A stretch of 64,000 nucleotides of DNA, from positions 22,940,001 through 23,004,000 of the forward strand of contig CM022665.1 in NCBI GenBank assembly GCA_012295275.1, written 5' to 3'. A program made the translations under genes and the position numbers. Positions 1 through 13,823 of this stretch are shown one piece after another. This DNA is from Chrysomallon squamiferum (taxonomy: Eukaryota; Animalia; Mollusca). The first letter of the stretch is position 1; each line of letters opens with the position of its first letter. Below the pieces are notes generated by a model, which was given only the letters and a program-made list of their open reading frames with translations, was not told the DNA's origin and made no database searches.

Positions 1-49
1 GATATTTAATCTTATGATATAAAGAAACGTTAAATTAACATTCATTCAT

Positions 50-119
50 TTATTTTGGCTTTTCAACACTATTACAGATAAATAATCCCAACATATCAAC
101 TGTCTTTTCATTCACTGTT
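50..119 (-). CDS. Possible terminal exon of the membrane-protein gene (R-TVNEKTVDMLGLFICNSVEKPK*)
   Basis: Acceptor CTCTTTTTCCAG| ends at 120. Phase is compatible with the 473 donor (AG+A = Arg), the frame is open to TAA at 52-50, and AATAAA overlaps the stop. This would give a 144-aa protein. It could be chance, and the real downstream exons may lie outside the window. Confidence 0.3.
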
Positions 120-472
120 CTGGAAAAAGAGGACATTTGAACTGTAAAACTTTGTTTAAAGTAAGAACAATTGAAGTACGGTAGTAATAAACATAGTATT
201 TTAGTAAATTCATTAAGATAAAATATCGTTGTCAAAGTCTTCAATTGTAATAAGAAGCTCAACTTGTTTATAATAAAACATATACATGCGTGTATCTGTA
301 TATATATGTGTGTGTATGCATGTGTACTTGTGTGTGTATATGTATATACAGTGTATACGTGTATATGTGTGTGTGTATGCGTGTATATGTGTGTGTGTAT
401 GCATGTATATATGTCTGTGTATGTATATGTACACATACAATAATAACAATGACGACGACGACGACAACTCAC

Positions 473-837
473 CTGCAACAAAAGTAGATGAGCACTGCTG
501 TGAAACACACAGACACCAACAAACAGGCCGTAACAACCATAACTTTACAGGAAAAGTCACACGGGTCTGAATCCATCTCTTCGCCAACGTCGTCACCCCC
601 ATCAAAGACGCCATCACCGTCGAAGTCAGCTTTACATTTATCAACCATAAACATTTTTAACTGCTGCCCCACACTCTCGCCAACACACCCAGTCCAGTTG
701 ACCTTGTCCAACAGGCTGGGCTTCCATGGTGGAGGACATGGAAAATTCTTCCAAAATGATTTCAGTAGTGGATCAAGATGTTCTTCAGCCATCGACACAA
801 GATGGTCAAAACTTGGAAGAAACGTCGATGTCGTCAT
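473..837 (-). CDS. Coding exon of an uncharacterised single-pass membrane protein (N-terminal ~122 aa)
   Basis: Complex, non-repetitive, GC-richer ORF (MTTSTFLPSF...CKADFDGDGVFDGGDDVGEEMDSDPCDFSCK-VMVVTACLLVSVCFTAVLIYF-CCR) with a ~21-aa hydrophobic stretch followed by CC-R. It ends at a strong donor (TGCAG|GTGAGT, exon end 473, phase 2). Acceptor TTGGTTTCAG| gives an exon start at 864, and an in-frame TGA lies just upstream of the ATG at 837, so this is probably the first coding exon. Family not recognised. Confidence 0.7.
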
Positions 838-1938
838 TGGATTTCAGTTCACTTCGACTCCATTCTGAAACCAATAAAACGGTACATTAACTTCGGATAT
901 GATCGACTTCCAAGGACTGTGGAAAATTAACGTCTAATTGGAGTTTGTTTCTCTCATCTAAAAATTAAGCTACAAAGGAAAATTTAAGCATTAGTTTGCT
1001 TCTGCCATCTGAAATAAAATTATATTAACGAAAAAAAAATGTTTAATTTTTTTTTTCAGCAGGTTTCCTAATTACGTAGGATCCATAAAAATGCCAATCC
1101 GCTAAGACTGACCTATAAGAAAAATATACAGGAATTTTTTAAGATGTATTGCGCTTTTATGTGAATATCACTCCTACACCATAATCTGTATCAGATCAAT
1201 AAGCGCTGCTTTACATTTAATATCTTAAACTACATTAAAAATAATTGTCCTAGTTCATATTTCAAATAACAGTTAATTGAAAATGCAGTGGAATTTTGGG
1301 TCTAAATCACATTTCGTTGACAAATCGTAGATCAGTTTCTTTTACGAATATCGGATAACGCATTTGTAAAGGACATTGCTCAGATTCACTTGTACTTAAT
1401 TAAAATAATTAAGCTTATAAACTCAGATCGTTCCATGTTGTACTAGGATAATCTGAATCCCATAACATAAAATAACAATATCGGACTTCATCTATGCGCT
1501 GTTCGTCATCACTTTCTAATAAAAGACAAAAAGATAATGAATTCCAGTTGAACATGATCCATTCTGAAATCATAGAACAACAGACACATTAATAGTTTTT
1601 TTCTTCTTCTCATTAACAAACGTTTCTTTATGAATTTGTATTAACGAGGTTTGGAAAATGATGACTGCAGTTTGCTTTAGTATGTTATTCAACACGACTT
1701 TATTTGCGAATTAATAATGAAATTTGGGGATTTTCATCATTTGCTGTAAATGATTAATTCGTTTCGGCTGGTTAATAATAATAATAATAATAATAATAAC
1801 AACAACAATAACATCTTTAAATTGGCTGGAATTCACTGATAAAATAAAAAATCCTTTTTTATCACAGACATATATAAATACAACAGGTTTTTTTTTTTTT
1901 TTTGTTATAGAAATCTTGTACTAAGTATATCATTATTT

Positions 1939-1980
<42 letters not shown>

Positions 1981-2600
1981 ATCAGTCAGCCAGTCATGGC
2001 AGTACAAGACTTCCAATACACAAATTCAAAGACACAGAGAGAAACTCTGCCCCACAAAATGCAGAGTAAAATGAGAAGATAAGTACAATTACTGTCAGTT
2101 AACAGCGACATAGAGACAAAAACTTGAGAATGCTTTGTTTTGTAATATCGTACTGTAGTATCAACACAATATAATATCTAGACCAAAAGGTTTCAAATTA
2201 CTAATTAAATATTAACCGTTTTGTAGCCAATACAATGGGAAAAAAAAGGATCATTCAATACTCCAAACGTATGTTTTTTTTATGTACATTTTACTATTTC
2301 AAATGGGTTTTTTTTTGTGGGGGGTTTCCTCTCCTCCTCTGGGTTTTCTTTAAACAAAGAACAGAGCTTTAGCTATTCCAAAACTAAATTTCGTCCGATA
2401 TTTTTACAATTCCATACGTAACGTAATATGAATTCATATTCCATATTTACAAAATCAGTAATTCAAATATTATCTGAAAAAACAAAAAATGACTGGCAGT
2501 TATTAATTAATAATCTATACATCAATAAAAAAAAAATCATTTTTTAGTAAATGCGTATTAACGTTTCTACTTTCAGAACCTTTGCATGAATCATCATCAT

Positions 2601-2631
<31 letters not shown>

Positions 2632-3209
2632 CATTTTAAAAGATGGAAACAAAGAAAATCAAGAAATAACCTGAAAGAAATAAAATAAAACAAAGACAAG
2701 ATGTGGGTGGTGAAAGGACAACAAAATGACGCTATGTGTGATTCAATTTGGTTACGGAACCTGTATGATTTTCCAGATTAAATTAAATTTGTCCAGCTAA
2801 TGACCTCCACATGTCTGCTACAACGTATCACATATGTCCTAATTACCTTTGTTCAGGCAGCAGCCAATTCTCGGGAGATATTATCAGTGCAGAAACGGAA
2901 CTTTAATTTGATTAACAATGCGCTCAGTGATCTGATGCGAGTGTGTTTGTCTTTAGGCTAGGTGGTTTTTACGTAAGCCTTTTTTTTTTTTTTTTTTTTT
3001 TTCTGTCCTTCTGTTTTTATTATTACTTTTTTTTTTTCTGATCGAATAGTTATTGGAAAATAAAGTAATGTTCAAAATCGCTTTACGATCGTTTAGAAAT
3101 TATTACATTTTCTTTTGGCGAGGCATAATCCTAAGTGTATATAAAATAGCATAACAAAAAATTAATACTTTTTTTATTCGTTGTTAATGTATTTTACCCG
3201 TTTATCTGC

Positions 3210-3248
<39 letters not shown>

Positions 3249-3534
3249 TTTCACTTACTTATTAACTCTTTAAATGACACCATTCCACTTTTTTCTTCAG
3301 AAGTGACAATTAATAGTTTCTATTCTTTTTAATATTTCTTCTCAGTTACAAATATATATATCATTAATATACTTGTTTTTTAAAAGGAGAACATTAACAA
3401 GGGAAAAAAAGAGACTGTTTCTGCAGTATCGTGTTGCAGTCTTGAAAATCATGCTGACAGCGATGAATGCAACAACTAAATTCGAGAAGAAATATTCTAA
3501 ATGGTTACTCGGCTTTTAAATTTCGTATTGATTT

Positions 3535-3860
<326 letters not shown>

Positions 3861-5139
3861 ACAGCTAAATATTATTTTACTAATATAAAAACTTAACTAA
3901 CATTAAAGAATGTTGAAACTCACCTAAAATGAACACATACAAACTATTTCCAACTACAACTGTTGTAAGATTTTCACAGTACAGCGCGAGTTGGTTCTAA
4001 ACGTCGTTTCACCTGTGTCAACAGCAAAACGGGCCACAATGTCACTACATACATTCAGTAATGACCTGGCTATTTTAAACAAATTTATGTCCAAAATGTA
4101 CGTGTTGACACCCACCAATAACCAGTAATATGGATTACCATTGTGTCAACAAGAAGTGCATTTAGGCAAAGTCCAAAAACAAACAACTGGACAATGTTGT
4201 GAAATACCACGCAGACGTTCTTTGAACATACATTATTACATAATCCTCGTCCGTTTTCTATTAAGTATTTCTATGCTGTGAAATTCAAAAGTAACAGGAA
4301 ACATACTGTTAGATGACGACAATAGTCTGGAAGTTGTCATTGTCAGTTTATAATTGTAATTCTTTATTGTGTTAATGTATTAAGGATCATGTCCTTTGGG
4401 ACATCGCGTAGTTAATGAAAAATCCATCGAAATGTCAACATGTTGGTTTGTGCATTCATCAAAGAATTGTTGGTGTGGGGTCCGGTGGGAGAAAAAATAA
4501 AGTGAAAAGACGATGTTTTCAGTTAAACAGTAAATAAAGTCCAGAAATAGAATCAACAGCGTGATTTGGGAATAGTGTTAAATAAGACAACACTAATTGT
4601 TTATCGTATATTTTTGAAAGAAAAAGAGGCTTTGTTATTTTAAAAGAGTAAATTAATATATGAATGCTTTACATATGAACACAAAATTAAAATTGCTTTT
4701 TCATGTTTTACAGAGGTATTTTAAATTAACTTGTATGCTGAAGAATATAATTATACATATATATATATATACAAAAAAAAAATTTTTAAAAAATCCAAAG
4801 ACAGCTAAAAACATGCAATACACCAGTAACAATAGTCAAATTAAAAAAATACTAGTAATATCAAACTTTCGAAGTCGAACGTGAAAAGAGACTCCTTCCC
4901 CCAAATTCATCAAAATAGATTCAGAAAAATATATAAGCAAACAAAGCAGAATTTTTTGTTTTAAGAAGCCCCACTAAAACGGCCAATTAAAACCAGAACT
5001 AAATTAGCTTTCTACAAACTAACTCAATTAACTGTGTGATCATGATCATTTTTTTTTTTCTGCTTGTTTACAGAGATAATTATCCTTTGCAGGTGCATAT
5101 TATAAACATATTTTTCACGTGTACTAATACAGATATATT

Positions 5140-5270
5140 CACAGAAAATGCTTATTAATAAAGATATCATTACATGTGCTTGTTAATAAAGTATCTTTCC
5201 CATGATCTTAATAAAGATATCATTCCCAGTTGCTTGTTAATAAAGATTGTTCATAGATAGTTATTAATCC
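5140..5270. repeat. Degenerate ~28-bp minisatellite
   Basis: About four copies of (C)TTGTTAATAAAGATATCATT(A/C)CA-like units. Confidence 0.6.
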
Positions 5271-5305
5271 TTCACATCAGCAGCTAGTTTATATGAAATA
5301 AGTTG

Positions 5306-5306
<1 letters not shown>

Positions 5307-5371
<65 letters not shown>
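5307..5371. repeat. (TG)n microsatellite
   Basis: Read directly. Confidence 0.95.
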
Positions 5372-5374
<3 letters not shown>

Positions 5375-8300
5375 TGCATCACTGAGGTAACATTAATAAG
5401 ATTTTATTACACCTTTAAAAATACATTTGTTCGGGAATAAGCTTTCTGTTAGAGTTGATAATGTAAACCCATAAAATAATTATTAAATCCATTAATCCAT
5501 TAAATTAAAAATACTGAGTCGTTAGTGAATCAAGACATCGATAAAATTATCTTAACTGAAAAACCCGATATTAATACATTATTTCTAAAATTTTAAATTC
5601 TTGAATTTTCGTAAATTAATCGAAGGTTGTTTTTTGTTTTTTTTTAAATTAAAGAAAGATGTAGAAATAATATTTAAAAAATGAAAACTGATAACAATAT
5701 TGTGAAAAAGAAGAAATAATATTTATAACACAAATAATTATAATGCGTGAGAATTCTCATTCTACGTCTTCGAATCTTCGGTCATTAAGTAGACAAAATA
5801 ATACACATTTCAGAATGTATTCTCTTATATTTTTTTATCGTTTTAATATTTTTATACTTTTTTTTTTCCTGTCAAGACATTTGTACAAGAGTCCTCGAAA
5901 TAAATAAATACAAATGAAAAAAAACATCAACAAATAAGTCTATAGCTATTATTAAACAGAATCTACGTACTTTTGAATCTCGCCTTGTCCAGTAACCGGT
6001 AATTCTCAGTGACAGGAAAATGTTAACAAAATTCAGCTTGTGACTTGCAATAAGTACGTGGCACACCTCCCATGCATAGACATGGATTATTTCTAAGCGA
6101 AGCATACTTTTAAACGTGAAATGTCACAAAACTGGCCTCGAGGCGAATTTCCTGCTGCATACATCACTAACAGTTTTTTTTTTTATATATATATATATAG
6201 GTTGTGGTGTACGCCTCGACTGTATCGCACTGGTTAAATAATATTATGTAATCCACACGTTAGTTTCTCACCTGTCAAATTATTTTGGTTGTCGTAGAAT
6301 TTCTTTATGTAGGTGTCACTGCATGTATTTCACGAGAAAATGTTGTTTCATAATTTTATGCACCCTCAGACGCTAACAAAAGCTACCGCAGAATCGAAAC
6401 GGATATCGTTTTAAGGCACAGGTGGTCTCTAAAAGCAGGTCGATACAAAGTGAATTTATATGCTGTAGGAATATGTTTTATATGTTCACTGATGGTTGTT
6501 AAAAATACGTTTTGTTTCTCATCGTAGCGACTTTCTTTTTTGTTTTGTTTTGTATTCTGAAAATCCATTAGTTCACGACTATGTGCTTAAGATCAATACA
6601 GCAAGACTAATGCTATATAATTATAATGAGAAGACAAACAATTATTTTCTCGCACTCTTTAGCAATAAGATACCGTCTCTACGGACAAAAACAAAACAAA
6701 GATTTTCTTTTTTTCCCTGAGATAAATAATTTTAAAATAATCTCTTTCCTTCTGTATTCAAGCTGCAGTAATTTGAAAGATGACGAATTGTTGATTATTA
6801 TTATGATTATTATCATGATTTCGGGGTTTATTAATATTATTAATGGTATGCAGTAATTAAGTTCCATGGCTTGTACTAATGTGTATGTAGAAATGAACTG
6901 CTTTAGTGTGAAGTATGTGATATTTATATTCCTTCTGTTCTGTAAAAGTGGAGTTGATTCACACGGAGGGAAAAGAAGTAGAAGATGCGATTAACAGAGG
7001 AGAAAAAGAGAATGTGAATCACAGAGAGAAAGAAAAAAATGACCAATTCCTGAAAACCACAAAGAAAGAGTAGAGATTATGATTCTAAGGACTTAATTAT
7101 GTGAAAATGTATGTGTGTGTGAGAAAGAGAGTGATGTATAATGAAATTTATAATGAAATTTCTCAGTTTCCGTATTGGATATCTGATATTCACTTGATAA
7201 AACATATCCTGAAATACCCATGAAAAAGAGTATTTTCATTTCCTTTCGTACACAGTGACGAAACAATTAAACACATGATCAGTGCATCTCGTTCTTGGAT
7301 AACGTCACGTCCAGTCATGTCACAATATTTTAACAAGAGTTGTAATGTGGTTAATTTTAAAGACGCCGGAGATCGTACTGCGAAACGAACGAATCCCCCA
7401 ATGTGGCCGTTTAATTTTAATGTACACCCGTTCATTACTTCTCTTAACAACTTGTAACTTGAGCGTCACGGTCCCAGTTTCATAACTCGTTTAGTCACGA
7501 TATGACCACATATGGTCGTTTTGTGGCGGGAAATGTTGAATTTTTAATTATAAATCCCTATTAATGCTAATGGATATTTACTTTGGATTCTTCGGAGCAG
7601 ACGCTTCTCGCGCGTCTGATTGAGAACGCATGCTTTTGAAGACTCGTCTGCTCGCTTGTATCTCCGGGCAACGGGTGCCACAGTTCGCCTATGATGTATG
7701 ACCTGGCGGCCAGTCTAAATCAATCATGATGGTGACGTTATCTCTCACGCTTGATTACTTTTACGTCTAGTTGACACGTTCTTTAAGAGTTACAAGTCCT
7801 TTAACTCCAACTTTCAAACACGTAACAAAAAAATCTGGCGGAAAAAAGTATTGTTGAAAAAATGTTCAGATTTCAGCTTCTTGCAAAGACTGTTTTTTTT
7901 TTTTTTTTTTTTTTTTTTTGTTTGTTTTTTTTATTGTGAATTAAGTGTAACGATTTTTAAAACTTAATTTGTATTTTGTTTAGATAGTTGTTGTTATCTC
8001 GTTGTCCTCCTCCTCCTCATCTTTAGTAATAGTAGTACTTGTTGTTGAAAAAGTGGTAGTAGTAGTAATAATAGAAGTACTACTTGTAGAATAAAAAATG
8101 TTTTAATCTGTTTTTGAAGAAAAAAACAGAAATTCATTTACTGCTTTAGGCATTTGTCATGGGAAAAAAAAAAAAAAGAAAGAAAGAAAGAAGAAAAAAT
8201 AAAAGGGCCTCCAAAACCCAAATCTCAACATGCTTGCTTTTCCCTTTGAAGGAAAGAAGAAAAACTTAATTTAAATTGATTATTTTTGGTTGCGTGAAAT

Positions 8301-9301
8301 TATGTCATTTCTTGTTGGGAAATTAGTTAACGGTGCATTTTCTAACGGCAAACAGAGTCAAAGTACGTAGGCCATGGACAGATTACTTCTGCATCGTTTG
8401 TTTAGAAGGCAGATAAATATCTGTAATAAAAATTAAACTAGACGAAAAAGAGAAAGCAAGATAACGTATTCTACCGATACGTAAAATAGATCGTTATAAC
8501 GCGCTTCGCTATAACTTAATATTATACTTGTGATTTTTTTCTTTTCTTTCTTTCTTTTTTACTTCATTTTTTTCTAAAGGAAAAAACTTTCTGTTTCATG
8601 ATGTATCTAATGATGATCAACAAACTGTCAAAATATTTGCAGATTTTATTGGTCAGTAAATATGGATGAACGATTACTAATCAGCTGTTTTTCTTGTTTT
8701 TGTGTTTTTTAAGGTGTTTTTTTCAACCTATGCCTGTCAAAATAATAATTTAAAACTTCACTTTATCGAGATGGTTGCAGATTACATAATTTTATTTCAT
8801 AATTTTTTTTTTTTTCTCGGCGTTTTTTTATTTTTATTTTCAGAATGAAAAAAAAAAAAAAAAAAATATCGATTATTAGCAGTTTCATTTAAGACTACAG
8901 TTGGGATTAAAGCAATTCAACAGTTATACCAACAATTTAACAAAAGAAGGAGAAGAAAAAGAAGAAAAGTAAAAACTATTATTTAATTATTTTCCAGCAT
9001 GAACTTGATAGTTACATGTAATTTAATATGTTTCTAAGAGTTTCTTCATTTTTTTTTTTTTAATCAATCATGATTATGCATTAGAAAGTTAAAAAAAATA
9101 TCTGTCTATATATGGGTATGCTGTACACTTTTGAAACCTAATATATACAGTTAGAGAGATGAACAGGTGCAAAAACTAAAGGTAATATATGTATTCAATA
9201 TTAATCTGTAACTGAATGTAATAGTTTTAAAATGAATGACGATGATGATTTGTTATGATTATGATACTGAAGACTCAGTTATAATAATGATGATGATGAT
9301 G

Positions 9302-9337
<36 letters not shown>

Positions 9338-9689
9338 GTAATAATGACACCAACGACGTCAGCGCTACTAATAGTCATAACAGTAATAACTGTAGCAGTA
9401 GTGGTTAAAGTAGTTGTAGCAGCAGAAGCAGTGGTGGTGTTGGTAAATAGAGGTTATAGTAGTAGTAGCAGTAGCAGTAGCAGCAGCAGCAGCAACAACA
9501 TCAGTAGTTCTAGTAATAATAATACTCGTAGAGATAATAGTAGCAGTAACAAAACTAGCAGACCAAAACGACAGTAACAGTAAAACATGAAAATTTCAAG
9601 TAGCGTTATTGAACAAATCAATAAAAGATGTTTGTCTTAAGATGTCTCTTCATAGTTTAATATTACCAGCTGTTATATTAGTTATGTCA

Positions 9690-9850
9690 TGTTGTAATTA
9701 TGGTATGAGAAATGAAACCCAATGACGCCACACACTAAAGTTCATTCTTATCGATTAGCAGAAAGGGATATTTTATATATACTTTGAAATAGAGGTGGGG
9801 AAAGCAGATAACACGGCCTTTGATACACGTCGTTTGTCACTGGTTGTAAA
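9690..9850. mobile_element. Decayed copy of a dispersed SINE-like repeat
   Basis: Shares collinear motifs with other copies in the window: GAGAAATGAAACCCAATGACGCC ... TAGCAGAAAGGGATATTTTATAT here versus GAGAGTCAGAACCCGCTGCC ... GACAAGGGATATTTTTCTGT at 23621-23690. Family assignment unverified. Confidence 0.45.
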
Positions 9851-11373
9851 GTTAAGTAGCCTAACGGCGTGGTTACATAACTCAGTTATCAGTCATATAA
9901 TTATATTACCAGTATTCCAGTGGTTATCCGTTTGCAGTGCAGTCAATAAACAACCTCTGTTTACCTCTGTTATCAACAAGAATGTAAATAACTATTAAAA
10001 TGACTGACCCAACGTTACATTGACTAGAGCGTAAAGACAAAATATCAAATTTTTTTCTTTCTCCTGAAGTAATGCGAAAAAAATACATTTCTCGTATGTT
10101 AATACTGACATAGCCTGTGCAAAATACTAAACATTAACAGCACATGGAATAAATATTGAACATATACTAGACATACCCACAGTATTTTTTAAAACAAGTT
10201 AACGATAACCTACCTGATTTACCTCATGGAATTGTTATTTCCATACACATTTTGTTCTGTCAAGGAACACGTCCATATTTAATTATAAACAACAAGTGTT
10301 AAAATATCTTCGATATTTTTTTTTATAGCCAACGATTTGAACAGCTACAGCGGAAGACTAAACGTGCTGCGAGTGGAATTAATTAATTATCTAGATTCTA
10401 AATCAATTGGAAATCCCGCAGTCAGACAACACGAACAATGAGACTCGCCCTGTAAAATCCATGTGTTGTTCAAAATATGTGAATCAATACATTAAACGAA
10501 ACATTCCGGTTGGTTGCACATGACATGGTAATATCGCACCCAGTGATCCACACAACCGCTGTCTATTAAACTAGCTGTGATTAGCCGATTTTCAGACTTA
10601 CCTTAGCGACACTCGGGGCGAAAATAGAAACAATCCGTCAAAAGCGACAGCAGGTGAAATATTCCGACAATCTTCTAATGGTTAAAACTTAGATCGTGGA
10701 AAAAAAAAAAAAAATAAGAGTAAAGAAAATGATTTTTGTTTACACGAAAAAGGAGGATATTTGTTTGCAAACATCAATAAATTCCATAAAGATGGGTAAT
10801 ATTCCAGAGTGTATTTGTTTTCGCTTTAAAATTGTGTGTTTTTCCCACAGGTTAAATCACGCTGAACAATGCTTATGCGCTGGAAATGCGATGATAACTA
10901 CTTTGCGAATGGATTGGCGAACAAACTAAATATCATATCTTCAAACAGCGGCACTGTGTAATTTCCATCCCATCTGCAAATTAATGAATTGGTCGAGCGC
11001 ATTCTGAAAATTGTGTCAATGGCGATTGTGCCCAACTTGCAAAAGACGCTTCATGGAGAGGCGTGAGTTTCACTTAATCTGTACCTTAAACAACTTGAAG
11101 AAACGTGCCGAGTCTCAAATTAAAACCTGTTTGTTTGCAGGCATGTTCCATGTGCGGTTCACACATAGTTTGATCATTCTTCACTGCAGTATGTCAATGT
11201 TTCTTGAAACGTCTTGATTTGGCTCTAAATATTCGGATACGTTCACATCCACATGGCGCGATTGATCTACTACACTTGTTTTACATACCCCAGAATATCA
11301 GTATATGTTTAAAGAGTTCGGTTAAAAGATTCGAAATATTCCGTTATAATATTTTTAGACATCAAAATGATTG

Positions 11374-11516
11374 TACATAGTTTCATTCAAGTATTCCCAT
11401 TCATCATTACATATAGTTACAAATTACCCCATTAATCATTATATAGAGTTTCAAATTATCCCATTCATCAGTATATACATAGTTTCTAATTATCCTGTTC
11501 ATCAACGTATATGTTT
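11374..11516. repeat. ~32-34-bp minisatellite, about 4 copies
   Basis: Units CCCATTCATCATTACATATAGTTACAAATTAC / CCCATTAATCATTATATAGAGTTTCAAATTAT / CCCATTCATCAGTATATACATAGTTTCTAATTAT. Confidence 0.8.
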
Positions 11517-13504
11517 ATGGCAACATTCGACTGCAATAAAACAGTTTTTTAATCCTGTTTTATTTCCAATAATCGACAACATCATCATGGGCCAGTACAA
11601 CAAATAAGCTACAAGTCTAAATACGATGTACATCAATACCATAAATAATTTGTTTCATTACTGGCTGAATGATCCAGAAAAAAACAGTTTATATATTCTG
11701 CCACATCGACAATGTTTACGCAACGAATATTTACAACACAGAAAGCTAAAGCCAGTCGGTGTTTTAAAGACCCTCTATCATTCTTCCTAAGGATCGATTG
11801 AAGAAATGAGAGGCGATTCTAAACGCTCTGCTGTTCTTAACTCTGATTCTAATTGCATGTTCCAGCTTAGAAAATTCTTACATCGATACATCTTTCTTTT
11901 TTTTTTTTTTTTTCCTTTTAAAAACACGAAGTTTTAAATAACATTCTGTTATCTTGAACTTCAACCTTGTTTTCACAGTCCGCAAGAAGTATTAGCAACA
12001 ATACTGGACTTTGGATTTTAGCACCTTCTGCAGAGAATGTATAAATTTATATGACAGCTCTGTGGACGATTTACGTCAGTAATCTTGCGTAATAAGCCGT
12101 TCTCACCGGAACAGCCAAATGAACTGCGAAGAGTGTTAATTATTTTCTGATGGTAATTGCTACGAGGACGTTGTAGTGTCAAAGGCGCCCTTTGGTGTCA
12201 TTACAGCTGTCTCAACTGTCTCGTTCCTGACTGATCAAAACTATGAAATATTAATGCACGACCGCGCGTAATAACTTAAAAGTGAGAACATTTTTTTTTA
12301 ATTCTTCATTCAAGCAAAACGACATTTCAGTGCCATGTATTTTAGACGTGAAGTTGACAGACTAAAGCTGCCTGTCTGAGATGTAACGTATCGATGGATC
12401 GATCCTTCACCGTGGAGTCACCGTCTACACCAGAACCGTCACGTCTGTAAAACACTGACAGAAAAAAGAGAACGAACACGTAATAAACAAGCGGCTGCTA
12501 ACTGACAGATCGTGGAATCTGTTCCACTGGGACTAACAATTGTGATATTTATATTTTCAACTGAAGACACTTTATGTGATCTGATGTCTCTTAGGAATTG
12601 CATGTACATAACGTTCCATTACTAATAGATATAAATACTACTTTTATTTTTCTTCTGTCTGTCAGTCTGTCTCCTTTTTTATATTCTCTATAATCAATTC
12701 AATTTCTCTGTCTACTCTTTCTCTCGCCACCCTCTGTTTCTATATTTCTCAGTTTCTTTCTGATTGTTTATATATCCACCTCTTCTCTCTCTAATTGCCT
12801 CTCATTTTTTCTCTAAAATTCAAACTCTATTTTTATCATTAATAATAATGATTATTCATGTAATATGCTACACATACATATAAAATAGCTAAATCCTTTT
12901 TGGCTGACATGCTCATAAGTCTAAACATTTCTATCCGTCTCTTTCTTTAATCTTCCTTCCAGTCTATTACCTTAAATAACTAACTAACTAAATAACTAAA
13001 TAAATACATAAATAAATAATAAACAAACAGACAGACAAACAGACAAACAGACAAACAAACAAACAAAGAAGCAAACACTATCTCGATATGTGCATCTCTA
13101 ACTGAATCTCTCAAACCCTCAACATTCTTCCTAATTAGTATTCTCATTCTTCCAGAGACATGGTCAGATTACTTAATTGGAATTAGGCACGAAACTAAAT
13201 AATCTTAACCTAAAGGTCTAGTCAGTTGTCAGATTAAGACACGGCAGAATGCAACTAGTTTATTGGTCAGACTTTGAATCTCCAAAACATACAATTTCAT
13301 TAAATACTGGCATTCAGTATATGCTGATCACTGACATACAAGGAATATTTGTTTCAGTTTTTCCTATTAAACTCGTCCGAGACGCATTCGGAGATAACAT
13401 TTGATAAAAGTTAATTAAATAAGTTGTTTTATTACATGAGTCTAGCCAGGGTCAAATGAAAGAATTATTCACAGCGCCATTGCAGCCAAGTTAACCATAT
13501 ATTA

Positions 13505-13823
13505 TCGACAATGAACAGAGGAAAGAAGCTGAAGCATTAATCTGTACGTTGTAGAGAATGTTTACCGTTTTAATGTACAAATCTTACAATTGCCAGGACA
13601 GCTCGCAAAATAAATCAGCAGGAATACAAGACTTAAGTTTATTCAGTCTTTTTTTTTCTTCAGGGAAACACACGCCGAACAAAATAAACCAAACTCAATA
13701 GTCCCTCTGATTTATTTTGCGAACTGTACTGGTAACTGTAAGATTTTAGAATCTGAAACAGTGAGTATTCTCTACATTATATATATTAATGCTATTCATC
13801 TTAATTTATCTTTCCGTTGTCGA
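13505..13823. mobile_element. Long imperfect palindrome (foldback / MITE-like element)
   Basis: The left arm (TCGACAA...AGCATTAAT...TGTAGAGAAT...AAATCTTACAATTGCCAGGACAGCTCGCAAAATAAATCAG, 13505-13648) is the reverse complement of the right arm (CTGATTTATTTTGCGAACTGTACTGGTAACTGTAAGATTT...ATTCTCTACA...ATTAATGCT...TTGTCGA, ~13678-13823). Arms are ~140 bp with a ~30-nt spacer. Confidence 0.7.

Noticed and set aside
488-868. Plus-strand 126-aa ORF overlapping the membrane-protein exon
   Set aside because: It is the antisense shadow of the minus-strand exon, which has the splice signals and the TM segment.
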